Numbered from the stretch's first letter, positions 1-9,673 are shown. The stretch is 43,142 bases of DNA from Atribacterota bacterium (GCA_030666935.1 DAOUWX010000001.1:1-43142), one strand, 5' to 3'. Notes: generated by a model from the letters alone, not told the origin. A program made the numbers and translations.

Positions 1-938
1 AAATAAGAAGATTGAATAATTTTTCCCTTAAATATATTTACCGTATTTTTATCATTTTTATTTTCATTTTGAATAAATTTAATTACATTCATCCTCATAG
101 CAACAGAAACCTTTTGCCCTATATCAAAACTATTATTAAAACCATAAATAGCCAGGCCATCATCGGTTTTTACAATAACTTTTTTCTTCTCTTCAGTAAA
201 TGAATCAATTCTACCATTAATAAAACTGGTAACAGCAATAAACCCTGCCACAAATTTATTTTTTGGATTAGAATAAATTTCTTTTGGTGAATCAGATTGA
301 ACTATCTTACCCTGGTCAAGAATTACAATTTTATCAGAGATTACTAATGCCTCTGCCTGATCATGGGTTACATAGATTGCAGTAATTCCGAGTTTCCTTT
401 GTAATTCGGTAAATTCAAAACGCATCTCTTCTCTTAATTGTGCATCTAAATTACTTAATGGTTCATCAAGCAGCATTATCTCCGGTTCAAATACCAGTGC
501 CCGCGCCATAGCAATACGCTGCTGCTGTCCGCCGCTCATCTGCCGGGGATACCTATTTTCGTAACCTTCCAATTGTACCATGCCCAATACTTTCTTTATT
601 TTCTTATTAATTTCGGGCTTTGGTACTTTTCTAATTTGCAAACCAAAAGCTAAATTTCCATAAACGGTCATATGCGGCCAAAGAGCATAATTTTGAAAAA
701 CCATTCCGATACCCCTCTTTTCAGGTGGAAAAGGAGTAATTTTTCTATTATCTAAATATATCTCTCCTTGGTCAGGGTTCTCAAAACCGGCAATGCACCG
801 AAGCGTAGTCGTTTTGCCACATCCGCTGGGACCCAAAAGGCTTAAAACCTTACCCTCTGCTGCCTCAAAAGTAACATCTTGAACAGCTTTTACCTTTCCG
901 AAATTTTTGCTTAAATTTTTTACTTTAAGAATTGCCAT
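1..938 (-). CDS. ABC transporter ATP-binding protein, PotA/MalK/UgpC-like (partial; C-terminus lies beyond the left window edge)
   Basis: Absent from the ORF track because it runs off the edge. Minus-strand ATG at 936-938 is preceded by GGAGGT. My translation reads MAILKVKNLSKNFGKV..., with Walker A GPSGCGKTT, signature MSGGQQQR, Walker B MLLDEP and H-loop VTHDQ, then a MalK-type C-terminal domain. The frame stays open to position 1. Confidence 0.9.
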   Translation of the reverse strand, partial: MAILKVKNLSKNFGKVKAVQDVTFEAAEGKVLSLLGPSGCGKTTTLRCIAGFENPDQGEIYLDNRKITPFPPEKRGIGMVFQNYALWPHMTVYGNLAFGLQIRKVPKPEINKKIKKVLGMVQLEGYENRYPRQMSGGQQQRIAMARALVFEPEIMLLDEPLSNLDAQLREEMRFEFTELQRKLGITAIYVTHDQAEALVISDKIVILDQGKIVQSDSPKEIYSNPKNKFVAGFIAVTSFINGRIDSFTEEKKKVIVKTDDGLAIYGFNNSFDIGQKVSVAMRMNVIKFIQNENKNDKNTVNIFKGKIIQSSY

Positions 939-985
939 AAAATAAATTACCTCCAAGTAATATCTGGTTATTTATAAATTTCAAT

Positions 986-1819
986 TTATCCTCCTATTCC
1001 TCCTAAATGTTCAGCCTTGAGGAATTTTTGAATCAATACCATAAAAAGAATTGAAGGAATTAATAACAATATAGCGATTACCGATGCAAACTGAATATTA
1101 GATCCGCTTGCTGAATAAAGAGTCATAGGAAGAGTTGTTACAAAAGGAATTCCTATAAAGAAAGTACCGGTAAATTCATCCATTGAAGTAAGGAATACAA
1201 ATACCGAACTGGCTATAAGTCCGGGAGTTGAAATAGGCAAAGTTACTTTAAAAAATGCTTTCAGCCTTGTAGCACCAACGCTTCTGGCAGCTTCTTCTAA
1301 CTCCGGAGGAATTGAACTAAAAGTACTTGCGGTAATCCAAACTGCAAAGACCAACCCCACCACTATATGAACAAAAATTACTCCTAATACTGTCCCGGTT
1401 AATCCTATCTTATTAAACATCAACATTAAATTAATAAATACCGGTTGTTGGGGGAATGCCCGGGGCAATAAAAATAATATTAAAATCATGCCTTTTAAAA
1501 GAGCAGGAATTTTGAGTTTTGCTAACGAATAACCTGCTGGAATGGCAATTGCCATGGTTATTATAACCACAATAATGGCGATGCCTAAACTTAACAAAAA
1601 AGCTGGTACTACGTTTACTGCCCCCAAGGTTAAACTTTTAGTAATTCCTAAAGCCTGGAGCCAATAATCAAATCCTATTTTTTGGGGAAGTGTATGAGGC
1701 CAATACCATCTTAAAGCAACAGACCAAATCCCCAAACTTAATAAGGGGGCAAATAGGAAAAATATAAATACCGAAAATATAATTATTTCAATAGTTTTTC
1801 TAAAACCACTTTTATGCAT
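986..1819 (-). CDS. ABC transporter permease (BPD_transp_1 / PotC-MalG type)
   Basis: 277-aa multi-TM ORF with an EAA-like loop (EEAARSVGATRLKAFFKVTLP). GGAGG sits upstream. It is tightly packed between a second permease and the ATPase. Confidence 0.85.
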   Translation of the reverse strand: MHKSGFRKTIEIIIFSVFIFFLFAPLLSLGIWSVALRWYWPHTLPQKIGFDYWLQALGITKSLTLGAVNVVPAFLLSLGIAIIVVIITMAIAIPAGYSLAKLKIPALLKGMILILFLLPRAFPQQPVFINLMLMFNKIGLTGTVLGVIFVHIVVGLVFAVWITASTFSSIPPELEEAARSVGATRLKAFFKVTLPISTPGLIASSVFVFLTSMDEFTGTFFIGIPFVTTLPMTLYSASGSNIQFASVIAILLLIPSILFMVLIQKFLKAEHLGGIGG

Positions 1820-1831
1820 TAATAACCTCCA

Positions 1832-2734
1832 TCAATCATAAAGACCTTTTTTCATCATACTCCTTACATAATAAATTGCTAACAAGCTGACTAATATATA
1901 TGAAAAAACTCCTAATGCATTTGCTACCCCATAATCACCAAAATAATTTACACGATGAGCAATATCTACAGTTATAGTAACCGGAGCCTTCCCCCCAATA
2001 AGCATGTAAGGAAAACTAAAACATCCAACCAGGGAACAAAAAACCAAAGTTACCGCAATAAGAATAGTAGGTTTATTCATGGGAATAAGAACTTTGGTGA
2101 TAATCTGAGGCAACTTTGCTCCTACACTTTTTGCTGCCTCAATATAAGAATTGTCGATCATCTGAAAGCCACCTAAAATTATTAGTATCATGAAGGGTGC
2201 TTGTTTCCATACGAAACCGAAAGTTAAACCAATCCAATTAAAAAGCTGTAAAGGATTTTCAATATTGATAAGACCTAATTTTGCCAAAAAGAGATTTAGT
2301 ATTCCATGAGGAGCTAAAAAACTTCTCATCATCTGGGCAATTACCACAAAAGGAAGAAAAATTGGTAATCTATATAAAATTCCAATACTATTAGCTAACC
2401 ATCCTGTAGATAATCTTAAATATACTGCAACAAGAATACTTAAAACTGTAGCGATAAAAGTGCTAAGTGCAGTTACTCCCATAGTAAATAAAATATCGTA
2501 CCGATATAAACGAAGTGTTTTTTCATAATTTGCTAAACTTAAAACCCCCTCTTTACTGATAAAACTTTTCCAAAATGAAGCAAGGAAAGGGTATAAATAT
2601 AATAATAAAATTGCCATTACTGCAGGAAGTACTAATACATAAGGAAGAATATTAGTATAGGAGTGGGACCTTCCGGCCCCAGCTCCTATTTTACTCTTTC
2701 CAACAGCCAATTCATTTTTTAAATTATTTCCCAT
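1832..2734 (-). CDS. ABC transporter permease (BPD_transp_1 / PotB-MalF type)
   Basis: 300-aa multi-TM ORF with an EAA-like loop (IEAAKSVGAKLPQIITKVLIP). AGGAG Shine-Dalgarno upstream. Confidence 0.85.
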   Translation of the reverse strand: MGNNLKNELAVGKSKIGAGAGRSHSYTNILPYVLVLPAVMAILLLYLYPFLASFWKSFISKEGVLSLANYEKTLRLYRYDILFTMGVTALSTFIATVLSILVAVYLRLSTGWLANSIGILYRLPIFLPFVVIAQMMRSFLAPHGILNLFLAKLGLINIENPLQLFNWIGLTFGFVWKQAPFMILIILGGFQMIDNSYIEAAKSVGAKLPQIITKVLIPMNKPTILIAVTLVFCSLVGCFSFPYMLIGGKAPVTITVDIAHRVNYFGDYGVANALGVFSYILVSLLAIYYVRSMMKKGLYD

Positions 2735-2767
2735 TTAAATTCTCCTAAATTGGTTGTATACTAATTC

Positions 2768-3916
2768 CTATTCGACGGCTTCTAATATTGCATCAAAATA
2801 GTCTCCCAGCGGAAAAGCCCGACCGAATTCAGCTAACATTGCCGGAGTTACATCTTGATATATTACATTAAAAGTTTCTTTGGGAACAAAATCTTTAATG
2901 TAACTTCCGTCAATTCCCGGATACCAGTTAAATCTCTTTACAATTTCCTCTGCCTGTACTGCTGGCGAAGTAACAAATTCAACAAAATTTTTCGCTTCTT
3001 CGGGATTAGGTGAATTTTTAGGAATTACAAAATACATAGGTTGTCCGGGCATTCCCGGTTCGGGAAGAAGAATGCGGGATGCAGGATCTAATTTACCTTC
3101 TGCCATCCAGCTTAAGAACATATCCACCCAGACCGGTCCCATCCAAATTTCACCTCTGTTTAGTGCATCGAGAGTAGCTACATTTCCACCGGTTAAAGTA
3201 ACATTTTTGTTGAATTCCTTTAGTTCTTTAATTGCTTCATCCCAGGTAGCAATTTCGGCTTCATCGAAAGGTCCGGTAACTGCATACTTTTCATATTTTC
3301 CTGTCTTCCAATAAATCCAACCACAGGTAAATGCTACTCCTGACATTCCACCTTTTATCCCATTGTAACCAAACTTTCCTGGATTTTCTTCAGCCCATTT
3401 AACTATCTCCTCATAAGTTTTAGGCGGGTCGGTAACATATTTTGGATTAAAAGCGATAACTGCTTGACTATGGAACATGGGCATACAATAACCTTCTACA
3501 TCAACACCGAGAGAATTTTTAGCAAACGGTGAAGTAATATATTGCCATGTGTCTATGTCTTTAGCATATCCAAGTAGGAGATCTTCTTCCATTGCCCATT
3601 TCAAGAAAATTTGATGTATCATCGCTACATCTATATCGCCTTCTTTTTTATCCTTATCTGCCATGATTTTTTCAAAAACTAAACGAGAACCCGCATTTCC
3701 CGGACCAGTATGAACTGTCATCACACTAACATTAGGATACTTTTCGTTAAACTGAGGGCCTATTACATGTTGGCCAAGAGCAAGCATATTCACATCTCCA
3801 GCAGTCATGTATACCAACTTCACGTCTTTAGCAGAAGCACCTAAAGTAAAAACACCTATCAAGATAATACTTACCATTAAAAAAATTATCCAGAAATTTG
3901 TAAGTTTCTTAAACAT
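2768..3916 (-). CDS. ABC transporter extracellular solute-binding protein (family 1)
   Basis: 382-aa ORF with an N-terminal signal/anchor (MFKKLTNFWIIFLMVSIILIGVFTLGASA). AAGGAGG Shine-Dalgarno upstream. It is the first gene of an SBP-permease-permease-ATPase operon. Confidence 0.85.
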   Translation of the reverse strand: MFKKLTNFWIIFLMVSIILIGVFTLGASAKDVKLVYMTAGDVNMLALGQHVIGPQFNEKYPNVSVMTVHTGPGNAGSRLVFEKIMADKDKKEGDIDVAMIHQIFLKWAMEEDLLLGYAKDIDTWQYITSPFAKNSLGVDVEGYCMPMFHSQAVIAFNPKYVTDPPKTYEEIVKWAEENPGKFGYNGIKGGMSGVAFTCGWIYWKTGKYEKYAVTGPFDEAEIATWDEAIKELKEFNKNVTLTGGNVATLDALNRGEIWMGPVWVDMFLSWMAEGKLDPASRILLPEPGMPGQPMYFVIPKNSPNPEEAKNFVEFVTSPAVQAEEIVKRFNWYPGIDGSYIKDFVPKETFNVIYQDVTPAMLAEFGRAFPLGDYFDAILEAVE

Positions 3917-4110
3917 AATCTTTTCCTCCTTAAAATTTTTTGCTTAAAAACACCACTTTAGCGCAATGCTTTTTACGAAAGTTTATTACAACTTTCATTT
4001 AGTTATTTTATTTCGCTAGACCACCTCCTTTACATTAATTTTGTCTGAGATCAGCTAGGTAGATTCGGTTGTAATTAAAAATTTAAATAATCATTTATAA
4101 TGTATTCTTT

Positions 4111-4881
4111 TCATAAATTAATTGACTGAATCCATTGAAACAGTTTCTCATAAGTAAAACTTTTTTCTTTAACAAAAAATTCAAATCCCGCAAACCCTGA
4201 ATAAATTTTAGAGAGTTCTTTAAGAATAAATTTGAAGTCAAGTTCTCCGGTCCAGGGTTCACCTCTGTAAGGTACATTTGCCACATGAATATATCCTATA
4301 AATTGGTGATATCTTTGTAAAGTTTCCAAGACATTTCCTTCCATAATCTGCATATGGTAAATATCATAAAGTATTTTAAGATACTCAGAATTTATTGATT
4401 GAATCAATTCAAGGGTTATTAGAAAATTATCTAAAAAATAATTTTTGTGGTCTTTTAAAGAGTTTAGTGGTTCAATCACCAACATAATTTTTCTCTTGTT
4501 AGCAACCTCAACGGCAGCCTTAAGATTATCAAATAAACAAAGTAATTTTTTTTCACTGCTTAGTGAATTATTTTTTACGCTTCCATCACCTTCTAATATA
4601 TCTGATAATAACATAATGCGGTCACATTTTAATTTCTTTGCTGCATCTATAGAAGCATTTACTTCTTGAATAACTTTTTCTTTATTATCTAAAATTAAGG
4701 ATGATATTCTATTCCCGCTAAAATTAGAAACCTTCAAACCGCTATTTATAATTAGCTCAAAATCTTTATCTCGCCAATCCCAAAATTCAATAAATTTAAA
4801 TCCTGCTTGTTTTATTTTCTCAAGTTTTTCCCTTAAACCATCTTCGGGATATATTGAGTCTATACATAATGAAAACTGCAT
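4111..4881 (-). CDS. Sugar-phosphate isomerase/epimerase, xylose-isomerase-like TIM barrel (hydroxypyruvate-isomerase-like)
   Basis: 256 aa. Carries motifs typical of the AP_endonuc_2/Hyi family: FIEFWDW, MLVIEPLN, YDIYHMQIMEG, IGYIHVANVPYRGEP. Confidence 0.7.
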   Translation of the reverse strand: MQFSLCIDSIYPEDGLREKLEKIKQAGFKFIEFWDWRDKDFELIINSGLKVSNFSGNRISSLILDNKEKVIQEVNASIDAAKKLKCDRIMLLSDILEGDGSVKNNSLSSEKKLLCLFDNLKAAVEVANKRKIMLVIEPLNSLKDHKNYFLDNFLITLELIQSINSEYLKILYDIYHMQIMEGNVLETLQRYHQFIGYIHVANVPYRGEPWTGELDFKFILKELSKIYSGFAGFEFFVKEKSFTYEKLFQWIQSINL

Positions 4882-4926
4882 TTTCTTTTCCTTTTCATAA
4901 TATTTGAATTAATTTAAATATTTTTA

Positions 4927-6186
4927 TTAAAATCGAAATTCTTTTACAATTTGAAACATGGCTATAAGATTTTCAATCGGCACTTTTGATTGAATGTTAT
5001 GGATGGTGTTAAACACAAAACCACCGTTCTTCCCAAATACCTGACAACGTTCTTTGACTTCCCTTCTTACCTCTTCGGGGGTACCAAAGGGAAGTGTCCT
5101 CTGTGTATCTACTCCACCGCCCCAGAATACCAATTTATCTCCGTATTTTTCCTTTAACATTTTGGGATCCATATCTTGGGCTGAAGTCTGAATAGGATTT
5201 AAAATATCTACTCCAACCTCTACAAAGTCATCTAAAAAGAGAGTAATAGAGCCACAACTATGATAAAAAGTTTTCCATGGTGTATTCTTATGAATCCAAT
5301 CATTTATCCTCTTATGAAAGGGTTTATAAAACTCCCGATACATATCAGGTGATATAAAGGGGGCATTTTGAGTCCCAAAATCTGTTCCGCTAACCATAAT
5401 TACATCTATCTTATTTCCTACTGCTTCATAAGAGAGTTTCAAATTTTTCAGTACTATTTCGCATTGCAATTCAAAGATTCCCTTTATGTAATCAGGATAT
5501 TCAATATGAGCGGTAATCCATCTTACTGGTTCCCTGATCCCCTTAGGATTTTTAATAGCTGGCCCTGGTACCATAGAAACATCTCCAAAGCCTGCATCTA
5601 TAAACTCTCCGACAATATAAAGGTCTGTATTTTTATATAGCTCATCTGCCCTGTTCTCTAAATATCTTAATGTTTCTTCAGAAAAAACTGAATACTGCTG
5701 GCTTACCCAATCCTCCGGATTTAAATTTCTCTCATTAAGGGGTTCTTGACGTACCAAAAGATCAAAATAATAACCTCCTTTAGGCATCTTTGCACAGGGA
5801 GGAACTGAATTATCCCCTTGGGGATAGAGATAAATATTACCTTCATCATCCCTTTTAGTAGTAAATTTCTCAGGTACCATTACTTTAGTTCCGTCAAATA
5901 ATTTCCATGGTTTCCAATTCTCATTTCTAAATCCAAAAAAATTAGTAGGAAGCCATAATCCCATAATATCAATCCCTAATTTCTCTATTACCTCCATATC
6001 AACTTCAGCTAGTATCTGAAAAGGATCGACTATCTTTACTAATTTATCCTTTAAGCCCAAGGACTGCCTTAATTTAGCATAAGTACTTGCTTGAATTCCG
6101 GTCACCAAAGTTGAACCTAAATCAAGAGGAATACGATCGGTTTCTTGATGATTAATAGCTTTTCTTACCCTTTCTCGAGAATTCAT
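4927..6186 (-). CDS. Uroporphyrinogen-decarboxylase (URO-D) family protein, MtaA/CmuA-like
   Basis: 419 aa with URO-D-family-like segments (IMVSGTDFGTQ, FYHSCGS, ILNPIQTSAQDMD). AGGAG Shine-Dalgarno upstream. Confidence 0.7.
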   Translation of the reverse strand: MNSRERVRKAINHQETDRIPLDLGSTLVTGIQASTYAKLRQSLGLKDKLVKIVDPFQILAEVDMEVIEKLGIDIMGLWLPTNFFGFRNENWKPWKLFDGTKVMVPEKFTTKRDDEGNIYLYPQGDNSVPPCAKMPKGGYYFDLLVRQEPLNERNLNPEDWVSQQYSVFSEETLRYLENRADELYKNTDLYIVGEFIDAGFGDVSMVPGPAIKNPKGIREPVRWITAHIEYPDYIKGIFELQCEIVLKNLKLSYEAVGNKIDVIMVSGTDFGTQNAPFISPDMYREFYKPFHKRINDWIHKNTPWKTFYHSCGSITLFLDDFVEVGVDILNPIQTSAQDMDPKMLKEKYGDKLVFWGGGVDTQRTLPFGTPEEVRREVKERCQVFGKNGGFVFNTIHNIQSKVPIENLIAMFQIVKEFRF

Positions 6187-6237
6187 TAGTACGTCTCCTA
6201 AAAATATGAGGAAAATTAAAAACCTTTACTTTAATTT

Positions 6238-7005
6238 TCAATTTTTTAATGTCTTTGACATCTTTCCGGTAGCTATTATTTCTATGATATCTTCCGGATT
6301 GGCATCTTTTTTATAAACCTCTCCTATTTTTATCCCCCTATCTAACATCACAAATCTTTCTGCGACAGGATAAACATGATAAACATTGTGAGTGATAAAA
6401 ATAACTGAAACTCCGGACTCTCTTACTTTTTCTACTTGTCTAAGAACTTCCCTTGTTTCTCTAACTGATAAAGCCGCAAGAGGCTCATCAAGGATGAGGA
6501 GTTTGACTTTAAAATGCATAGCTCTTCCTATTGATATCGCCTGTCTCTCTCCTCCGGATAAAATCGATACAAATTCATTTGCTGACCTTACTCTTACACC
6601 TAATCCCGTAACAGCCTTTTCGCATTCTTCGTTCATCTTTTTTCTATCAAGCAAACGTATCGGGCCTATTTTTCTGGTTGGTTCCCTTCCTAAAAAAAAG
6701 TTCCTGGAGATACTCATTATATCTACCAAAGATAGTGCCTGATGAACTGTTTCAATCCCCATTGCTCTTGCATCTCTTGGGGATGAAAAATTTACCCGAC
6801 TGCCTTCAAAAAAAATTTCACCTCTATCTGGAGGAAAAACACCGGCGAGGATCTTTATAAGAGTAGATTTACCTGCTCCATTATCCCCTAACAGACCTAA
6901 AATTTCTCCAGATCGAACCTCAACATTTACCTTTTTTAATGCCTGAACTGCTCCAAAATTCTTTTCCATATTGAGCATTTTTACTAATGATATAGCTTCC
7001 TGCAT
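6238..7005 (-). CDS. Sugar ABC transporter ATP-binding protein (single ABC domain, CUT2/FrcA-like)
   Basis: 255 aa with Walker A GDNGAGKST, signature LSGGERQ and Walker B LLILDEP. GAAGGAGGG Shine-Dalgarno upstream. Confidence 0.9.
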   Translation of the reverse strand: MQEAISLVKMLNMEKNFGAVQALKKVNVEVRSGEILGLLGDNGAGKSTLIKILAGVFPPDRGEIFFEGSRVNFSSPRDARAMGIETVHQALSLVDIMSISRNFFLGREPTRKIGPIRLLDRKKMNEECEKAVTGLGVRVRSANEFVSILSGGERQAISIGRAMHFKVKLLILDEPLAALSVRETREVLRQVEKVRESGVSVIFITHNVYHVYPVAERFVMLDRGIKIGEVYKKDANPEDIIEIIATGKMSKTLKN

Positions 7006-7030
7006 AAATTATGACCCTCCTTCGCCTTAT

Positions 7031-7092
7031 GTCATTGCGAACTTCGATTTATCGAAGCGTGACAATCTCGTCGAGATTGCTTCGTCCCGCCA
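7031..7092. repeat. GC-rich REP-like double-hairpin element in the permease-ATPase intergenic spacer
   Basis: Sequence gtcattgcgaacttcgatttatcgaagcgtgacaatctcgtcgagattgcttcgtcccgcc. It holds two perfect short hairpins (cttcga/tcgaag and caatctc/gagattg) in a locally GC-rich patch. A partial relative (ccgaagcaatctgggcgaagcatcgcaaacacg) lies at about 26262-26300. Confidence 0.55.
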
Positions 7093-7097
7093 CACAT

Positions 7098-8090
7098 TTA
7101 CATCTCCAAACGTCTAAGTTTAAGATTGATTGTTGCCGCTATTATTAAAATTGCCCCCACAAATGTTTGATACCAATAGGCAGGTGCACCTATCATTACC
7201 AGGCCGGTTCTCATCATCCCCATAAGAAACGCTCCAAAAAATACTCCAATGATTGTTCCATAACCTCCGGTTAAGAAAGTTCCTCCGATAACCGCTGAGG
7301 CAATTGCTTCCAACTCCATTCCTGTTCCAAATGATGCGTTGGCGATATTAAATCTACTAATTACAATACAACCTGATAATGAGGCCATTAGAGACGATAA
7401 CATGAAATTTATCACTTTTACTTTATTTACATTTACTCCCATTGCCCTTGCTACTTCTTTATTCCCACCGGTTGCAAATACCCAATTCCCATAACGTGTA
7501 TTAGTAAGGATAAGTGAGAATAGCAGGGTAAGTAAGAAGAACCAGATATGAGAAGGTCGAAAACCATAGCCTATAAATCGGGTTAATACAGTGGGCATAA
7601 TTATATCGCTTTTATAGCTAACCGATTCGCCTCCGGTAATTGCTAAAAGTGACCCTCTTAAAAATAACATCATACCCAAAGTTGTTATAAAAGAAGGGAT
7701 GTGTGCGCGTAAAGTTATCATTCCATTACAAAAACCGATAAAAGCTGCAATAGTCAATGTAATAATGAAGGCTAATGGTGAATTAAAGCTATTTGACAAG
7801 GTTACAAACAAAAAACCTGATAATGCATAAACACTGCTAACTGAAAGATCAAATTCTCCGGCAATCATTAAAAAAGCTACACCGACAGCCATAATTCCTA
7901 ATTCTGAAACTATTGTGAGTATCCCGGTAATATTACGTAGGGTTAAAAATTTTGATGAAAAAATAGAAAAAATTGTAAATAATATCAAGAAAGCAAGTAT
8001 CACTCCAAATTCAGGCCATCTACGTATCTGAGAAAAATTTAAAAATTGCCCTCGAGTTTCAACTCCCATATTGTTCGTTGGTTTTTCCAT
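7098..8090 (-). CDS. Sugar ABC transporter permease (BPD_transp_2, RbsC/AraH family)
   Basis: 330-aa multi-TM ORF with characteristic segments GGNKEVARAMGVNVNKVKV and GGYGTIIG. AGGAGG Shine-Dalgarno upstream. Confidence 0.9.
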   Translation of the reverse strand: MEKPTNNMGVETRGQFLNFSQIRRWPEFGVILAFLILFTIFSIFSSKFLTLRNITGILTIVSELGIMAVGVAFLMIAGEFDLSVSSVYALSGFLFVTLSNSFNSPLAFIITLTIAAFIGFCNGMITLRAHIPSFITTLGMMLFLRGSLLAITGGESVSYKSDIIMPTVLTRFIGYGFRPSHIWFFLLTLLFSLILTNTRYGNWVFATGGNKEVARAMGVNVNKVKVINFMLSSLMASLSGCIVISRFNIANASFGTGMELEAIASAVIGGTFLTGGYGTIIGVFFGAFLMGMMRTGLVMIGAPAYWYQTFVGAILIIAATINLKLRRLEM

Positions 8091-8118
8091 TAATTCCTCC
8101 TAATAGCATTTTTATATA

Positions 8119-8156
8119 ATGTTGGGTGGTGTCTGAGAAATATCACCACCCAACAT
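8119..8156 (-). promoter_or_regulatory. Intercistronic stem-loop just downstream of the SBP gene
   Basis: Perfect 12-13 bp inverted repeat (a)tgttgggtggtg / caccacccaaca(t) with a 12-nt loop. It lies between the SBP stop (8186) and the permease start (8090). Confidence 0.55.
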
Positions 8157-8185
8157 ATCTAATTATCGCTCCTTCCAGTTATAGT

Positions 8186-9166
8186 TTACCTGTATCCTTC
8201 TTTAACTAAATCCTCTAAGGCAGGAATATTCTCTGCAGTAATGACAGCTGGTCCCGTGGAGACTGGTGCCGGTGGAGGAATATAACCATACTTTGCACTT
8301 AAATAAGCAAATACTACTCCGAGGTAACCCTGCAGGTATTGTTGCTGATCCATAGTAAACATTACTTTACCTTCCTGGATGTATTCGAGTATCTTAGAAG
8401 AGGCATCCATTTGGGCAATCTTTACATCTACTCCTACTTTTATCCCATCTGCTTCTAAACGTGGAATTATAGTCTCTGTACGCATAGTGTTCGAGCAGAA
8501 AATTGCATCAGTTTCAGGATGCGCTTTTAAATAAGCAGCTACCATCTCGGCTCCTTTAACTGCGTCTTCTGTAATATCCAGAGATTCTGCAATCACGCCT
8601 TTTGCTTTCATGGTATCTATGTATCCTCTTCCTCTTGCCTCGATGTGAGTGGCTCCTGGGTGATGGTTAGCAAATATTGCGCGTTTGGGAGTAAATCTCG
8701 CTAATGTCTCCCAAGCTGCCTTAACTCCAATAAAGTAGCTATCTTCACCAACATAAGTTACAACAGGTATCCTGTCTTCGGGGTCTCTAAGGTCTGGTGC
8801 ATTAATCGCTACTACCGGTAGTCCTTTGGCAATCTCTGCTCGAAGGGATTCATCCATAGCTTCAGGTGCAGTCAAGGTGCAAACTAAAGCATCTGGTTCG
8901 CTAGCCAATGCTGCCTCTATATAGGCCATAAACTCTTCAAGTTTAAATACTGCAGGTCCAGTATAAATTACTTCTAAATCATCATATAGATCACCTGCAT
9001 CGAGTGCTCCATTCTCGCAAACTTTCCAGAATGGGTCAGCTATGCCACCGTGGACTACTACGTAAATTTTATATTCTTTTTCCGCTGCAAAAGAAGATAG
9101 GAAGATACTCGAAAACAAGAAGATTAAGATAAAGATAAACAAACCAGTTTTTAAATTACTTTTCAT
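8186..9166 (-). CDS. Sugar ABC transporter periplasmic binding protein (Peripla_BP, RbsB-like)
   Basis: 326 aa with a signal peptide (MKSNLKTGLFIFILIFLFSSIFLSSFAA). GGAGGT Shine-Dalgarno upstream. It is the first gene of an SBP-permease-ATPase operon. Confidence 0.88.
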   Translation of the reverse strand: MKSNLKTGLFIFILIFLFSSIFLSSFAAEKEYKIYVVVHGGIADPFWKVCENGALDAGDLYDDLEVIYTGPAVFKLEEFMAYIEAALASEPDALVCTLTAPEAMDESLRAEIAKGLPVVAINAPDLRDPEDRIPVVTYVGEDSYFIGVKAAWETLARFTPKRAIFANHHPGATHIEARGRGYIDTMKAKGVIAESLDITEDAVKGAEMVAAYLKAHPETDAIFCSNTMRTETIIPRLEADGIKVGVDVKIAQMDASSKILEYIQEGKVMFTMDQQQYLQGYLGVVFAYLSAKYGYIPPPAPVSTGPAVITAENIPALEDLVKEGYR

Positions 9167-9440
9167 TTTTTACCTCCAAAAAATTTTTAAATTTCCAAGA
9201 AATATCCAAGAAATATTTTCTTCTTATGTCTCACCTCCTATTGTTAGTTCCCTGTTGTTTAAAGGATAGTTTCTTTTTTCCAGGGTATGGTTACAGGGAA
9301 TTTTTTGATTTTTCAAGAAGCTGAATTTTAGTAATTTTTTCAATAAAGTAATTTCGTTTATATCAATTAATAATTTAAAAAATATCTTGTATGTAAGTTT
9401 ATACTGTTAGCCTAGAGCTTGGGTAATTTTCGATATTAAA

Positions 9441-9454
9441 TGCGAACGATTGCA
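9441..9454. promoter_or_regulatory. Candidate LacI-family/cre-like operator half-palindrome (TGCGAACGATTGCA)
   Basis: One mismatch to the cre-type pattern TGNAANCGNWNNCA. It lies about 275 nt upstream of the CUT2 SBP gene, and a second related site is at 9660-9673. Confidence 0.3.
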
Positions 9455-9659
9455 ATATAATAATTTAAATCCTATAAAATTCTTTTCTTTGATTTGTTTT
9501 GATTGAATCACTTCTTCTGATTTCTAATTTTCGATTATTTGTGTTTAATTTTATTCATCAATTGCTTGCTGAGCTCATCAACAAAAATCAAAAATAGTGA
9601 TAAAAATAAGAAAGTATTTTCAGTGAATTTTTATAATTATAAAAATAATATTATAACTA

Positions 9660-9673
9660 TGCATTCGATTGCA
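9660..9673. promoter_or_regulatory. Candidate LacI-family/cre-like operator (TGCATTCGATTGCA)
   Basis: Near-perfect palindrome (TGCAATCGATTGCA would be perfect) in the same long AT-rich intergenic region as the site at 9441-9454. Confidence 0.3.

Noticed and set aside
12-203. 63-aa plus-strand ORF at the left edge
   Set aside because: It lies antisense within the clearly coding ABC ATPase gene (1-938, minus strand). It has low-complexity AT-driven sequence and no Shine-Dalgarno.
3950-4015. 22-codon ORF (MKVVINFRKKHCAKVVFLSKKF) and hairpin gaaagtt/aactttc in the leader of the first ABC operon
   Set aside because: The micro-ORF has no Shine-Dalgarno at a usable distance. The nearby AAGGAGGTG is not followed by a start codon. 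Evidence is insufficient for a leader-peptide or riboswitch call.
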